Assembly (NCBI RefSeq): GCF_964194025.1 | Contig: NC_134468.1 | Span: 23,064,001-23,128,000, forward strand | DNA: 64,000 nucleotides | From: Convolutriloba macropyga | Taxonomy: Eukaryota | Direction of reading: 5' to 3' | Part shown: one piece after another, positions 34,441 through 48,060 of the stretch | How the letters are laid out: every line of letters begins with the position of its first letter | How positions within the stretch are numbered: the first letter of the stretch is position 1 | Notes under the pieces: model-generated | Told to the model about the DNA's origin: nothing | Seen by the model: the letters and a program-made list of their open reading frames with translations, nothing else | Database searches by the model: none | Translations under genes and position numbers: made by a program

Positions 34441-37063
34441 AGGATGCCCGTTAATGTGCGTTCGCACATGATGTTCCGACCCGAGCTCATCTACACTTTT
34501 GACTTAATTGTCAACCAAATGAAGACTTAATAAAAATAGATGTTTGAGTTTTAAAAAAAAAAACGTTTAAAAACCTAAATACTTATTGAATTAAATAATG
34601 CCATGCCTCATTACAGCGCTGACAAGATCTTTCATTGAAAAAACTACGAAACAAAAGAAAAGAAACAAAAAAAGAAGCAAAAATAAAAATTTCACGGCAA
34701 AACAAAGTATCTAAATTTGAACGCACATAGTAACAAAGCCGAAATGCAATCGTATAAACCTTAACTGCACAATTTTACTTTGTCCATACTATTCAGTAGA
34801 TGGCAATTTTTCTTAATGAGACTAGGTAACAAAGTCGACAAACGGAAATAAAAAGGCGAAATTGGAAAAACAAGCAACATTTTTAAACCAAATAATTTCT
34901 AAAGTCTTAAATTATTAGATTTTAACAAAAAATTCTTAAAATTTGCTAAACATTCATAATGAAACCAATAGGAACTGTCGTTGGTTAGATTAAGCCATAG
35001 GAACGGACTACAGAAGCAGAAAAGCTCAAAAAATTATACAATTTGCGAAAACACAAATTCTTGAAGCCATTAAAACCATTAGCTATGATCTGAATAGTAT
35101 GTATTCTTCCTTCCATTTTCATTCATACTAATACAACTAAAATTAAAATGAAAGATTGAATTAGTGCATGCGGGCCAAATTTGAAAATCATTGGGATCTG
35201 TTAGTACGCGAATGTGCTAAAACAAGAGAAAAAGAAACACAAGTATACCACTAAAACTTTTATTTAAACGCATATAGTCCGCAAACAAAACATCAGTTAC
35301 GACATGATATCACTGAAAATTTAAATTCTGCGAATACAAAAAATTGAATTAAGTCTCTCAGTGATCAAAATAAGCTACAAGTTGACGAAAAAAAACAAAA
35401 ACTGAAAAGTTTAAAAAACCATTGAAAACGTAAAATATCATAAACTTTGAGATTATTCGCTATAAAATGACTGCCTCGGTTAACATCAATCCTTGAATAC
35501 TCAATTACAAGCTTTCGAGACCGGTCAGCATTTTACGCTTACCTAAAGATTTACAAAAAAATAGGCAAAAACCGCTAATTAAAAAAAAATGGAGCGAGAA
35601 AAGTGTCGAAGCCGTTGAAAAATAACTTTTCGGTAATGATTTTTCTATCATCCATTAATTTTTTAACAACATGATATTCTTTTCTTTTTCAAAATGAATT
35701 CGAAATTTCAACAAATATGAACAAATATATTAAAACCACGAAATTTCTGATAAAACCGGTAGTATCAACGCCATTAAACTTAATTGCTTTCAGCGAAAGG
35801 CAATAAAAGCGCTCGATGGGAGCATAAAAGTTATGACTCGATGGTACGACAAGATTGTTTGTGATTGACAAATTGTCGATACAATAGGACATTACAATAT
35901 GTCATTGACTGAGAAAACAACAACAAATAGAGGCAAAAACCAAAAGTTCAGTAGAAAAGTGCAAGAAAGTGTCGAAACCATTTAAACAGTAAATTTTTCT
36001 CTGAAAACTTTATCTATGATCCATTATACGTCTTCACTAAACCAAGGGGAGCTGTCCAAATTAGAATAATGTAATAAATTTTCAAAAGGACTCAAAAATA
36101 CGAAAATATCCAAAAACAAATTTTTAAATTGTTTTTGAAATCTTGTAGTATTGAAGTCATAAACCAAATGTTAGAAGGAAAAACAGCCAAACAGTTTAGT
36201 TTTGATTGCAGTAGAAAAGAGAGGGTTCCTTTCAGTACTGAGACTGACTTACATATTACAAAAAGAAGTTTATGATCGGTTAAAGTTTTTAAAAATTTTC
36301 AAAAAATTTTATATAAAGTCTTAACAGTCATTAGCTGTCCAATCAAAGGACTGAATAGCTTCAATTTTGCTCATTACAAAACTCATTGCACTTTCAGTTA
36401 ACGATTCTATGCCATAGGGCTCCAAAAACTCAGTAAAAACCTCAAAACGAAATTCAAAATTTCGTTAAAAGTTACAAAAGCTCAGAGTCGAAGCCATAAA
36501 AAACATGTGCGATTCCTTGAAGACGTGTTTTTTGTTCATTAGGCGTCATTTTACTATAAATCAGGTTTATCATTAACCAAACATCGATACAAAAAGAGAC
36601 CAACTTCTAGGTGACCTAAAAATATTAAATTCTCTAAAAAACAGCTCTCAAATAAAATTCGATTTTTTATTGTAAACTTCCCTATGAGAACAGAACTAAT
36701 CTTTTTATCACCTTTTGTTTATTAGGAATACAAAATTGATTCCTTTTGTGGCGTGAAATGTAATTTGGAATGAAATTTTTTTTAAAGAAAAGATCATAAT
36801 TTGAAGAAAAATTACACTAAAAGTGAACGAATTCATACCAAATATGACGTGTTCACACAAAACTTCAATCCTCGATAACTCCTCGAAAAATACGAAATTC
36901 AAAAAAAAATTCAATTTCAAAATCTAGGCTGGACGAGCTTTTTAATGATAGCACTCACATTTCTCTACGATGAATATATCGATCGGCCAAAATTGACTGA
37001 ACAAAAATAAAACCCATTTGAGTATATAGTTCCTTCCCCCACAAGTGGGGTCGGAACAAAAAA
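34441..37063 (-). mobile_element. HINE family 3, copy A (~2.6 kb)
   Basis: Left hairpin atgtgcgttcgcacat plus subTIR gttccgaccc; right end gttcc...gggtcggaac followed by an A-run. Both ends are shared with 42214-44732. Confidence 0.7.
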
Positions 37064-39456
37064 TTCCACTTAATGGAAAACGCGATTGTAGTCTTATTAT
37101 GGTCTTATGTTCTATTGTCATTGACAAGAGACGTTGTTCTAAACTTTGGCTCCTTTAAATGAGACTATTTAGTTTGCCGATAAAGTATAGTCCGAGTTAT
37201 TGAACTATTTCAAGGGAAAATAGTGAAAATTATCCAAAGAGTTCAATTATTTGGAGGAACAAGAGAATATTTTTTCAGTTGTTGTGAATAGATCAAATAA
37301 ACTGGTCTTAGGGGCCACTGCATGAAAGTTATTTGTGAAAAAGCTCGACTTTCTAAAAAAGAATAGTTTCGACAATAATTCCGGCGTGAAAATAATTTGA
37401 CCTGACGCATGAAAAGAATTGCGCTGGAGTTTAACAAGAGTCCCTTCCCGTAAAATCAATTTCTTGAAGGACTTCTTAAATCATTTGATGAAGTCGAGGT
37501 TTCGACTGGCGCTCCGACTCGATTCGGTTATATATTGCATTTGATGTGCCTTTAGAGAATCATTTCGCGCTGTGCCTCTACAATAGGGAATGTCTCCAAA
37601 TGCACAATGGAACACATAACACAGGTGGTACCTGCTCCGGGACAGACGAATGCAGCTGTCAATCAAGTGGTCACCAAATCAAGCAGAGGGAATTGAATGG
37701 GGGAAATGAAAAAAAAAACAAAACTTGATTTTCATTTTTATATTTTTGAAAATAAAACTTTGGAAGGAAGCCAGTAGTTAATTTTACTGGGTGCAAAAGA
37801 TTTACATATATCAAAATAACTTTTGAATTCTTTTTGTTGCAAAAATTATCTTGAGTCAGGTGAAGAAACCTCAAATAAGTAGCGGGAAATGTTGCGTTTT
37901 GCAGCACAATTTTTTGCTTACTTTCCAAAGAACTGTCTGACTTTCATATTTAGTAACGCGCTGACTGGCCAATCCCAATTCAGAAAATGTAAGCTCAGTA
38001 TTCTAATTGGTTTATTGCTTCATCAATGAAGTCCAACGAATTATCATCATTATTCAGGAACCGTGCTCAACCTGAAGAAAAATATTGGGTAACCCAATCT
38101 CATGTTCGAATATGGAAAGATTCATATCAAGTCCAATGGAGGCTTGGCCTTAGTCACCCATCTATGACTGGAAGATGTAGCATTAAAATGGTCAGAATAA
38201 GGCTATGCTGCTGTTGGTTTCTTTGAGCGCAAATAGATAGCGGTTAACAAAATTCTCAACGAATTTGAGAAAAAGATTTGCTAAATTTTTAGGATTTTGG
38301 TACGTCAATTTCTTGAAACGTCATCCTGATAGTCACTAGAAGAAATGAAGGAAGTTCCTACACGCGGGATAAAAACTAGCCCATTTATATTACGTTTTTT
38401 GCAATTTTTTCCATAAATATTTGCAAAATTCTTAATTAAATAATATCTCTAATATAGTTCATTAAAAAGCCAGGTAAGGTGTATTTCACGCTCATCGGCA
38501 TTTTTGACCTATTTCTCAAATGAAGAAGAAGGCAATGAGAATCGCTTAAAACTCAAACCATTAAACGAATTAAACAATGCCGTTTTAGGGAACCGAGGAG
38601 CTTTGCCATTAACGAGACAAGAAGACACTAGCTTTGTTTCACAAAAAAAGCAATCGGTCATTAATGAGACAAAGCTTTTTTTTCAGGAAAGCAATCACAT
38701 TCAAATTCATGCATGCAAACTTTTAAATATCAGATAATTTATTTATATAGGTTCATTAATACTTCTGTTGGAAGCCATTAAGAGCAACCATTATTCAGAA
38801 TTTATCATACGACTATATGAGACAACGCATATTAAAAGCTCAAAGATGAAAGATAATTAAAGATTTTAAAAAATCTACTTATTTTGCAGGGAAATGGTTT
38901 CGAAGCTATAACAATCATCATCTATTAGCTATGATTTTACTAGATTTTTTCAATTGCTCCTTTGTTTAACGCTAGTAATTCCATATGTGACCAGAACGTC
39001 AAAACCGGTTAATTGTCCGATTTTGTTTCGAATATAATTCATAGAATCAGAGCAAAAAATTATTATACAAAAACAAAACAACGCAATCTGAAGTAACTTC
39101 TTTTTTTCTCAAACAATTAAATAAAGAAGTGGTAAAGCTCAAATTTTCACTATTTGTTAACAATATATTTCTAAATGTCATAACAAAAAGCTTTCAACTA
39201 ACAGACAGTAGATAGATTGACTCATATACCTCTGGGACCCGAATTGTAATTGCCATTGGAAAGGCTGAGTTGTAATGTAGCAAAATAACGACAAACAAAG
39301 AACTTAATTAAAAACTTCAAAAACTGTTTTAGGCATACACAGCAATAAAGCCATTAAATCCATGAGCTCTTTGGTCGAAAACATTATATGTTCATTGCAC
39401 CACATCTGTACGTATATGCGATCATTCAATAAATGGCTTTGTTGCTTGTTGCAAAT

Positions 39457-39656
39457 NNNNNNNNNNNNNNNNNNNNNNNNNNNNNNNNNNNNNNNNNNNN
39501 NNNNNNNNNNNNNNNNNNNNNNNNNNNNNNNNNNNNNNNNNNNNNNNNNNNNNNNNNNNNNNNNNNNNNNNNNNNNNNNNNNNNNNNNNNNNNNNNNNNN
39601 NNNNNNNNNNNNNNNNNNNNNNNNNNNNNNNNNNNNNNNNNNNNNNNNNNNNNNNN
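39457..39656. other. Assembly gap (200 N)
   Basis: Run of N. Confidence 1.
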
Positions 39657-39779
39657 ATGAAACTTAATGCAGCAGTTTTCGTTGAAAACTTTGTGCAGAG
39701 ATCAAAATTCTGCGACAAAATTTAGGACAAATTAAAATGTCTTTAACGTTAAGGATCATTTCAATTCTTTGTCCTTTTT

Positions 39780-41650
39780 AATTGCTCTCAAACGAAGTAG
39801 CAATTATATTAGTCCTGTAGGCCTTTTTCATGCGATTTTTCGCTTGGCCGATTTTTTCTCGGACGCTTTTGACATTTCGTCCTCAAAATCGGCATAAACA
39901 GGCAGCACCCAGCTGGCATTAAGTGCTCTTAAAGCCTTTTGCCCCCGACCACCGCGCTGTTGCCTCCCACCCACTGTTGCGCACATCTCCCCTCCCTCCC
40001 CATCGGCCCCCAGTGCAACACCCCCTCCCTCCCCCCCCCCCCCCCCCCGTGGCTACGTTCGAGCAACCGATCGATTGAAACACGCAACTTTATACTTATT
40101 TTCACAATTTTTTTCGAGCGTTTTGATATTTTTTGTCATTTTTTGAGTTCATTCAGAACTAAGAATCAAACAAGGGTTTTAAAACCTCTAGGGTTTTAAA
40201 TTAGGTTTTTGCATAGTTCCAAGTGCTAGCGGTTAGGTTTCAACATTTTAACATCATGAAAATTAGCATTTTCTTTTGACAAAACGCAAAATTTTTTTCA
40301 GTTTTTGACATTTATTTTTCATTATTCAGGTCTTTCCAGTCGCAACGGCCATGAAACGTCCTTAAATACTTGAAATTAAGTCACTGAAAAAAAAATTATT
40401 TGCCATGTAATAGCCTTCAACTTTTTAATATGACAAATCTTTTTGATAAAAATTTTTGACAATTTTGTATCGGTTCTTAGGTTTCTGCAGCCTCAAGAGC
40501 CGAGGAAATTCCTCTAGGGTATGACAATAGTTTGTTGTGTTGTTTCTAAATGTGATGAAATGTTTGTCAACACCACGAATTTTTAGCCTTTTTATTTTAC
40601 AAAAATTGCTATTTTCTTTCAATTTTTTTGACATTTATTTTCATTAATCATGTTTTTCAGCCTAAGAGACAATCTCTGTTAGCGTTTGATAATAAAATAC
40701 TGGAAAAAGTTTTTTTGACCATGCATTAGTGTTCAACTTTTATTATCACAAATCTTAGCTGTCTTTTTGTAAAACTTGCAAGTTTTCTTTCAAGTTTTTA
40801 GAAAATTTTTGTCATTTTTTAGAGTTATGTATTTCAGGAGCCAAAAAATCTCCCCTATGGTTTATTGCTAGGTTACTGCAATGATTCTAGATGTAAAGGA
40901 ATAATTTTTAAGATTTTAATATCTGCGAATTTTAAAAAGTATTTGCAAGTTTTGAATATTTGCATCTTTTTGAATTTTTTTATCGTTTTTCGGCACCAGA
41001 GTCCTAGGGACCTCCTCCAAGGTTTGATGATAAACTTTTGAATAGTTTCTAGAGTTAACGGAATGGTTATAATTTTTTAAATAACTCTCGCTGAAGCAAT
41101 TTTTTTGATTAAATTTAATTTTATTTTTCAAATTTTTAGAAAGTTATTATCAAGTTCCAAATTTATGGACCTTTATGAGCCACTGAAACTATTTAAAGCT
41201 TCAAATAGGGATACCGGATAGTGTCTTGAGACAAAGAGATGATTTTGAATATTTTACTGTCTTGATTTTTAGCAAGATTTTGTTAATATTTGCAATTGCT
41301 TTCAAAATTTTTGATTATTTTTGCCTGTTCTGAGTTTATTGATCATTAGTGGCCAACGAAGTTTTTCAAGTCTCGCAGATGGGTTACATGACATAACTCC
41401 AGAGAAAAAAAATACTTTTAAACAATTTCACAGTGAAACCTGAAGTTTTTCTTTTAAATTTTGCAATATTTTAAAATCATCAAAATTTATCAGTTTTTTA
41501 TTTGAATTATTTTTTAACAAGGCTACAAAACTAAAAGTTGCAGAGTCGAATCAAGCTAAAGCTAGCCTCAAAAAAAACCTTAGCTAGCTACTGACGAAAT
41601 CAACCGCTCGCCTGTGGTTTGAGAGCAATTCGCCCGACGTTAGTCCTTTT
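39780..41650 (+). mobile_element. HINE family 2, long copy (~1.9 kb)
   Basis: 5' attgctctcaaacgaagtagcaat and 3' gtttgagagcaattcgcccgacgttagtc. The C-rich block and the gctagctactg motif are shared with 16243-16549. Confidence 0.7.
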
Positions 41651-42213
41651 GTTTTATCTCATTGCTTCAATTTGAGTGTAAATTTTTATTGAAATCCACA
41701 TATCAAGAGTCATCAAAAGTCATAAAAAGTTTTGCGTAATCATAGTGTTTGCAGGACAAAAAAACGGAGCTCCCCAGTAATATGTGTTGCAACCTCTACT
41801 CTACAGTTGTTTTTGCAATTACAATATTATAATACTCGGCAATTATTATTTTGCAGAGATCAAATTTCGTCGACTCCTCCTAAGACAACTAGGATTTCTA
41901 CTTCTCTCTGCAGGAGGAAATAATGAACTCAAATCGGCGTTTGGAAATAAAATTTATAGCAACTCGCCGCTGCTTTCTGTTGCTCAAGGACTTTTCAAAC
42001 TGGAACAACAAAATAGAAAATCAGAACGTTATTTCCGTAAGAAACTCAATTCTGAATTTCACAGAAATTTTGATGAGGTGCTCAATTTTATTATGACGCT
42101 ATATTTCAGACGCCTGCTTCCTATATGAAAAACGCAGTAACTTCAAAAATCAAACACATCAAATTTCAAAAGTTTCAACACATTGCTTGTAAGAGAGCAC
42201 GTCTAAAGGTTAA

Positions 42214-44732
42214 CATGGCGACTCGGTAATGTGCAATTGCACATAAGGTTCCGACCCCGCTCATCCACAATTTTGGCATGATTGTCAACCAAATGAAGAA
42301 TATAGAAAAACCCAAAAATTAAAGTATTTTTTAAAAAAATTGGTGTATGAACGAAACGATAGCCTCCAAAGCAAATAACTCAGTGGTGTAGTGAATAATG
42401 GTGCATTAGATTGATGAGATGTGCAAATAATAAGAAAGCGAGTCAAGACGAACAGCAAAATCAAACAACAACAACAAAAAATAATTAGATCAAAATATTC
42501 ATGTCCGTTTTAAAAAAATTACAATTCAAATTTTTTGAAAAAGGCTTGGTAACAATTAAACAATAAAGAACAAAAACAGTAAAGTTGTAAATTTCGCTTA
42601 TTTTTTTTGAAACAATTAAATTCAAAGTAATGAAAACCATTACAAATAAACTAAAATAACCCATAACTGTACGATTACCAATTCTTCTTTAAAAGGAATT
42701 AAAAACTGCTGTTTTTCGTTTTTTATGCGGTTACAAAAAGAACAAGAAATAGACGCCCAACAAAAAATCAATTGAAACTTGGCAGAAAACGCTTTCGAAA
42801 CCGTAAAGCCATATTATGGCCATCAAATGATTCAATTGCCACTTTCTGCGAGCACCGATAATGTATTATGTAATCTTTTATTAAAGAAGTTAGGTAACAA
42901 TTAAATTAAAATGAAAAAAAATGCAAAATTAAGTAACACTTTAACTTTTTTTCGAAAAAAATATTTCCAAAGACATGAACGCTATTAATTACACAATGAA
43001 ATAATTAAATAGGTTCGTTTATTCTTCCAAAGCAAGCCCCTGAGAAATGCAATTATCCAGAATATGTCTTATGTCTACAAAAAGAACGACCAATGTGACA
43101 AAAATCAAAAACTAATTTACTTTTTTTCCGTGTCGAAGCCAGTAAAGTCGACGAATTCTTTAAAAACATTAGATTCTGTGACACGAATACCCCTTGAAAC
43201 CTTCCTTTGACAACACAATTTTCATATTTTTTCGTAATTAACTAGATAAGATAACAAACAGACAATAAAAGGAGCAAAGTTGCGAATTACAAAGTGTCTC
43301 TTTTTAGTTTATAAAACTTTTTTTTCAGAGTCATGAAAGCCCTCAGCCATCTACCAATACCAGAAAACTGGATTATCTATTTTTCATCAGAACCCAATGA
43401 TATCGAGTTCTTGTACTGGAATTTTCATACGACTAAAAAGACAAAGTCAAAAGGACAGTTAAAGACAAAATTTGAAAAATAAAATTAAATTCTTCGAGAA
43501 AGTAGTGTCGAAGCCGTTTAAATCATACTGTATATGTTCACGGATTATCAATGGTGTCTTATTTTGAAATCAATAATGTGATATACGAATTTTCAATAAC
43601 GTGATAATGTGACAAAACTAGAAAAATTGAAAAATGGACAATCAATGTGACAATTTTTTTTTAAAATGTGAAATCTAGCAATATCAAAGCAAGAAAAACA
43701 TAACTTAAAGCATAAAACCACAATAATGATTGAACTTGATTTCAATAGAAAAAGAAGTATTCTTTCTTGCTGACGATAAGCTAAAAGTTGACTAAATTAG
43801 GAGAAAAATAGAGGCAAATTTCAATAAACCAATATTTATATAAAAATCAAATATTTTAAAAGTCGAAACAACCATAAGCTTTCATGTAATCAAATAGATA
43901 TAGCAATGTGGAGTTATTTAGAAATCCATTTGGACCTATAGTTAGTGAGCTTTGGTTTGAAATGCTCTGTTATTTAATTAATGTAGAGAAGATCAATTTT
44001 TTTTAAAAAAAAAGACCAACTGATTACAAACCGAATTAATTTTGGATTATAGCAGCCCATGATTGGTCCAAAACCAGCCCTGCTGATAATGTTTTCTATA
44101 AGGATCACTTAATTTTTTTTATTGTTCTAGGTATTGATGTTTTGTTAGTTAAAAACTCAAAAATAGATGCTGCGTTTTTGATAATCAACGAATAATTTTT
44201 AGCAAAAACGGCAAAGTTTTAATTACAGAGCACTGTCAACGGAATTTCAAGCGGAGAAAGCCTCATTTTGAGTCTAATAAGATTGTGTTAGTAGTGTTTG
44301 GGTCTGTACTTCCTGTAAAAATAATCACACTAGACTAAAGGAACTTATTTCACGCTGTTTTTGATAAAAAATTCTTAATTTTGAAATATTTAGAAAGATT
44401 TTTGACAAAAAATTTATTTAAAATACCCTACAATAAAAAATTTTGTCGCTTTTGTCTTTACAAATAAAAATCAACAACACTTTCTAACGAAATTGACAAT
44501 TTTTAGCTAAATTCTGGAATTCACTCTGTTTTCTCAAAATTTAAACCTCGATAAATCCCTGTAAAAAACAAAATTTAAAACTTTTTAATTCCATATTCTA
44601 CGCTGGACAAGCTTGCTAGTGATACCAGTTTCAACTCTCTACGATGAAAAAATCGATCGGCCAAAATTGACTGAACAAAAAAACCATTTGAGTGTATAGT
44701 TCCTTCGCCCTCAACATGGGTCGGAACAAAAA
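42214..44732 (-). mobile_element. HINE family 3, copy B (~2.5 kb)
   Basis: Hairpin atgtgcaattgcacat plus gttccgaccc; right end gggtcggaacaaaaa. Terminal regions are similar to copy A. Confidence 0.7.
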
Positions 44733-45772
44733 GGCTCTCTTCCTCAGCTTAAAGTGGAAATTAATTCACTTTAATCTTGATATTCAGGTGGCATTTAACA
44801 TTATTGATTATTTCTTTTCTCATTCTCATTTTGCTTCAATTGGAGAATAAGTTTTCATCAAATTTAACTTATCTGGCCGGTCACTGAAGGCTTTGAGTAA
44901 AGATACTGTTTGAAAAGTACAAAAAATGGTATACCTCATTGTTCAGTTTTGCTTCCCCTCCACTGTTACCTATATACCGCTTGAAATTATTTTTGAACAG
45001 TTCAGTGTAGGGTATCGCTTTTATGCTGATAATAGTTTTTATTTTGTGGCCAGCAAAAGTGGGACACAGGCTGCTTGCAGATCTGTCTTAATATTCTTTT
45101 CCCAAGTGATTTTGTGGAGCGAAGCAAATATAGAACAGAGAAAAAACGGCGTTTGTGTTTGTTTGATTAGAAAAATGTTCCTTGCAAGAATATGGTACGT
45201 TTTGACCGAATAATCGCCATAAATTTTAAAGGTTTTAAGTTTGGACATGCATAACAGCTGCTCTTCTTCAAATACACTGGTTCTGTTTGCTCAAAATGTT
45301 AACATTATTGTGCAATTTGTACTTTATCAGTAATTCAGTGAACTAATATTCGCCATTTTTACAAACCACGTCAGGGCATTGGTAATTTTGCAGCCACGTT
45401 TTTGTAAATCGTACTGCCGAAGACCTCCTAAATATCAGGCAAACAAAAAAGCGCATGATGAGTTCAGCGTCTAGATTACTTCTCCGACTTTCACCAGGAA
45501 TAATAACTTCCAGTTAAATGAAACTGCTACACCAGTTAGCCTCTCAAAAGAGCTTTTTTTTTAAAATTACCGTTTTTTTGGCTTCGTATAGATCAGCTGT
45601 ATGCAATCACAGTCTCATCACAGCAATTGTAGTTTAATGAAAAAAAGTTTACCCGATGTCAATATGAATGACTAAAATCTAACCGTACACACTCTATGGA
45701 AAAAAAATTTTGAGAATTTGAAAAATGCGAAAACCTAAAATAGAAATATAAAGAAAACTAGAAAAGTAATTA

Positions 45773-45910
45773 NNNNNNNNNNNNNNNNNNNNNNNNNNNN
45801 NNNNNNNNNNNNNNNNNNNNNNNNNNNNNNNNNNNNNNNNNNNNNNNNNNNNNNNNNNNNNNNNNNNNNNNNNNNNNNNNNNNNNNNNNNNNNNNNNNNN
45901 NNNNNNNNNN
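45773..45910. other. Assembly gap (138 N)
   Basis: Run of N. Confidence 1.
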
Positions 45911-47721
45911 AAATTAGCAAAAAAGATAAGAAAATAAAAAAAAGATGAATTAAATAATAAAAAACAATAATAATATTAATAATAAATAAAATAACAGTAA
46001 GAATAATAATATTAATCGTATATAAAAATTATTTAAAATAATAAAATATTTTAAAAAAAACTATATGAGACAGCTACACAAGTTGGCGTTTCAAATGCGT
46101 TATCTATGTAAAATTACTTTTTTCGAGCTCTGTATAGTTCAACTGCATGTAAGAATTTCATATCAGCAATTGAAGTTTATCGGAAAAAAGTTTCCCGATA
46201 ACAATATGACCAAAATCTAAGGGTACCAAGTCTAAGAAATTTCATTTTTGAGGCATTGAAATTTGCGTCAACATAAAACAGTAATATGAATAATAGTTTA
46301 AAAAAATAATAACGAAAAAAAAATAATAATAGTAAAAATAATAATAGTAAGCAATTTATCAACATTTACAAAAAAAACAATAATAAACAATAATTAATAA
46401 TAGTAAAAATAAAAATAGTGAGCAAAATAGTAAGACAAGCTTTCTAGTGATACCAGTCTCAACTCTCTACGATTAATATATCGATTGGCCAAAATTGACT
46501 GAACAAAAAAACCATTTGAGTGTATAGTTACTTCGCCCTCAACATGGGTTGGAACAAAAAGGCTCTCTTCCTCAGCTTAAAGTGGAAATCAATTCACTTT
46601 TATCTAGATAATCAGGTGGCATTTAAAATTAACGATCATTTCATTTTTCATTCTCATTTTGCTTCAATTGGAGAATAAATTTTCATTAAATGTAACTTAT
46701 CTGGCCGCTCACTGAAGGCTTTGAGTAAACATACTGTTTGAAAAGTACAAAAAAAGGTATACCTCATTGTTCAGTTTTGCGTCCCCTTCACTGCTACCTA
46801 TATACAGCTTGATATTATTTTTGAACAGTTCAGTGTAGGGTATCGCTTTTATGCTGATAATAGTTTTTATTTTGTGGCAAGCAAAATTGGGATACAGGCT
46901 GTTTGCAGATCTGTCTTAATGTTCTTTTCCCAAGTGATTTTGTGGAGCGCTTTTTTTGTGCAATTTGTACTTTATCAGTAATTCAGTGAACTGATATTTG
47001 TCATTTTTACAAACCACGGTAGGGCATCAGTAAATTTGCAGCCACGTTTTTGTAAATCATACTTATGAAGACCTCCTAAAAAGCAGGCAAAGAAAAAAAC
47101 GCAAAAAGAACTCAGCGTCTAGATTACTACTCCGAATTTCACCAGGAATAATAAATTCCAGTTATATGAAACTGTTACACTAGTTAGCCTCTCAAAAGAG
47201 CTTTTTTTCAAAATTACCGTTTTTTTTTGGCTTCGTATAGTTCAGCTGTATGCAATCACAGTCTCATCACAGCAATTGTAGTTTAGTGAAAAAAAGTTTA
47301 CCCGATGTCAATGTGAATGACTATAATCTAACCGTACACACTCTATGAAAAAAAAATTTCAAGAATTTGAAAAGTGCTGAAACCTAAAATAGAAATATAG
47401 AGAATGCTAAAAAAGTAATTCTGAAAACAATTAACACTTGCAATAATAATAATAATAAAAGTAAGAAAATAATCATAAAATTAGCAAAAAAGATAAGAAA
47501 ATAATAAAATATAAATTAATTAAAAAAAACAATAATAATATTAATAATAAAATAATAATAAAAATAATAATATTAATCGTATACAAATTTCTTTAAAATA
47601 AAAAAATATTCAAAAAACTATTTGAGACAGCTACACAAATTGGCGTTTCAAATGCGTTACCTATGTAAAGTTACTTTCTTCCAGCTCTGTATAGTTCAGC
47701 TGCATGTAAGAATCTCATCTC

Positions 47722-48060
47722 GTGGCGTGATAGCCGAGAGGTCAGGTGTGTGATACAGACACCAATTATCGAGAGATCAATCCCCTGCCTCAGTGAAGCT
47801 GTCTGTGTAAGGATGAGCTCATACTTAACTATAGCTTCAGTTTGATCGTAGCCTGACCAATGTTGGCTGCAATGATGGTACCACGTGAAAATTTCAGACG
47901 CAAAAAAGTGGCCATAGTCGCCAAAAAAGAGCAATGTTGATCATAAAAAGAACAGTCTGAAATGTGGGGAATAATAAAAAAAGGGCAGCTGAGAACAGGC
48001 CGCTGTGGCTTTATGCTGTTCCGCTGTGATTACGCAGGAACAAATTATTTTTATTATATT
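47722..48060 (+). mobile_element. tRNA-derived SINE (~340 bp) with 5-bp TSD atctc
   Basis: A-box-like tagccgagagg and an (att)-rich tail, flanked by atctc at 47717-47721 and 48061-48065. It is absent from the paralogous site at ~46160. Confidence 0.75.

Noticed and set aside
37481-37728. Cys-containing ORF with a faint EGF-like look (GGTCSGTDECSC)
   Set aside because: Incomplete Cys pattern, no convincing splice sites, and ambiguous strand.
39362-39718. ORFs spanning N runs (also 45735-45920)
   Set aside because: Artefacts of assembly gaps.
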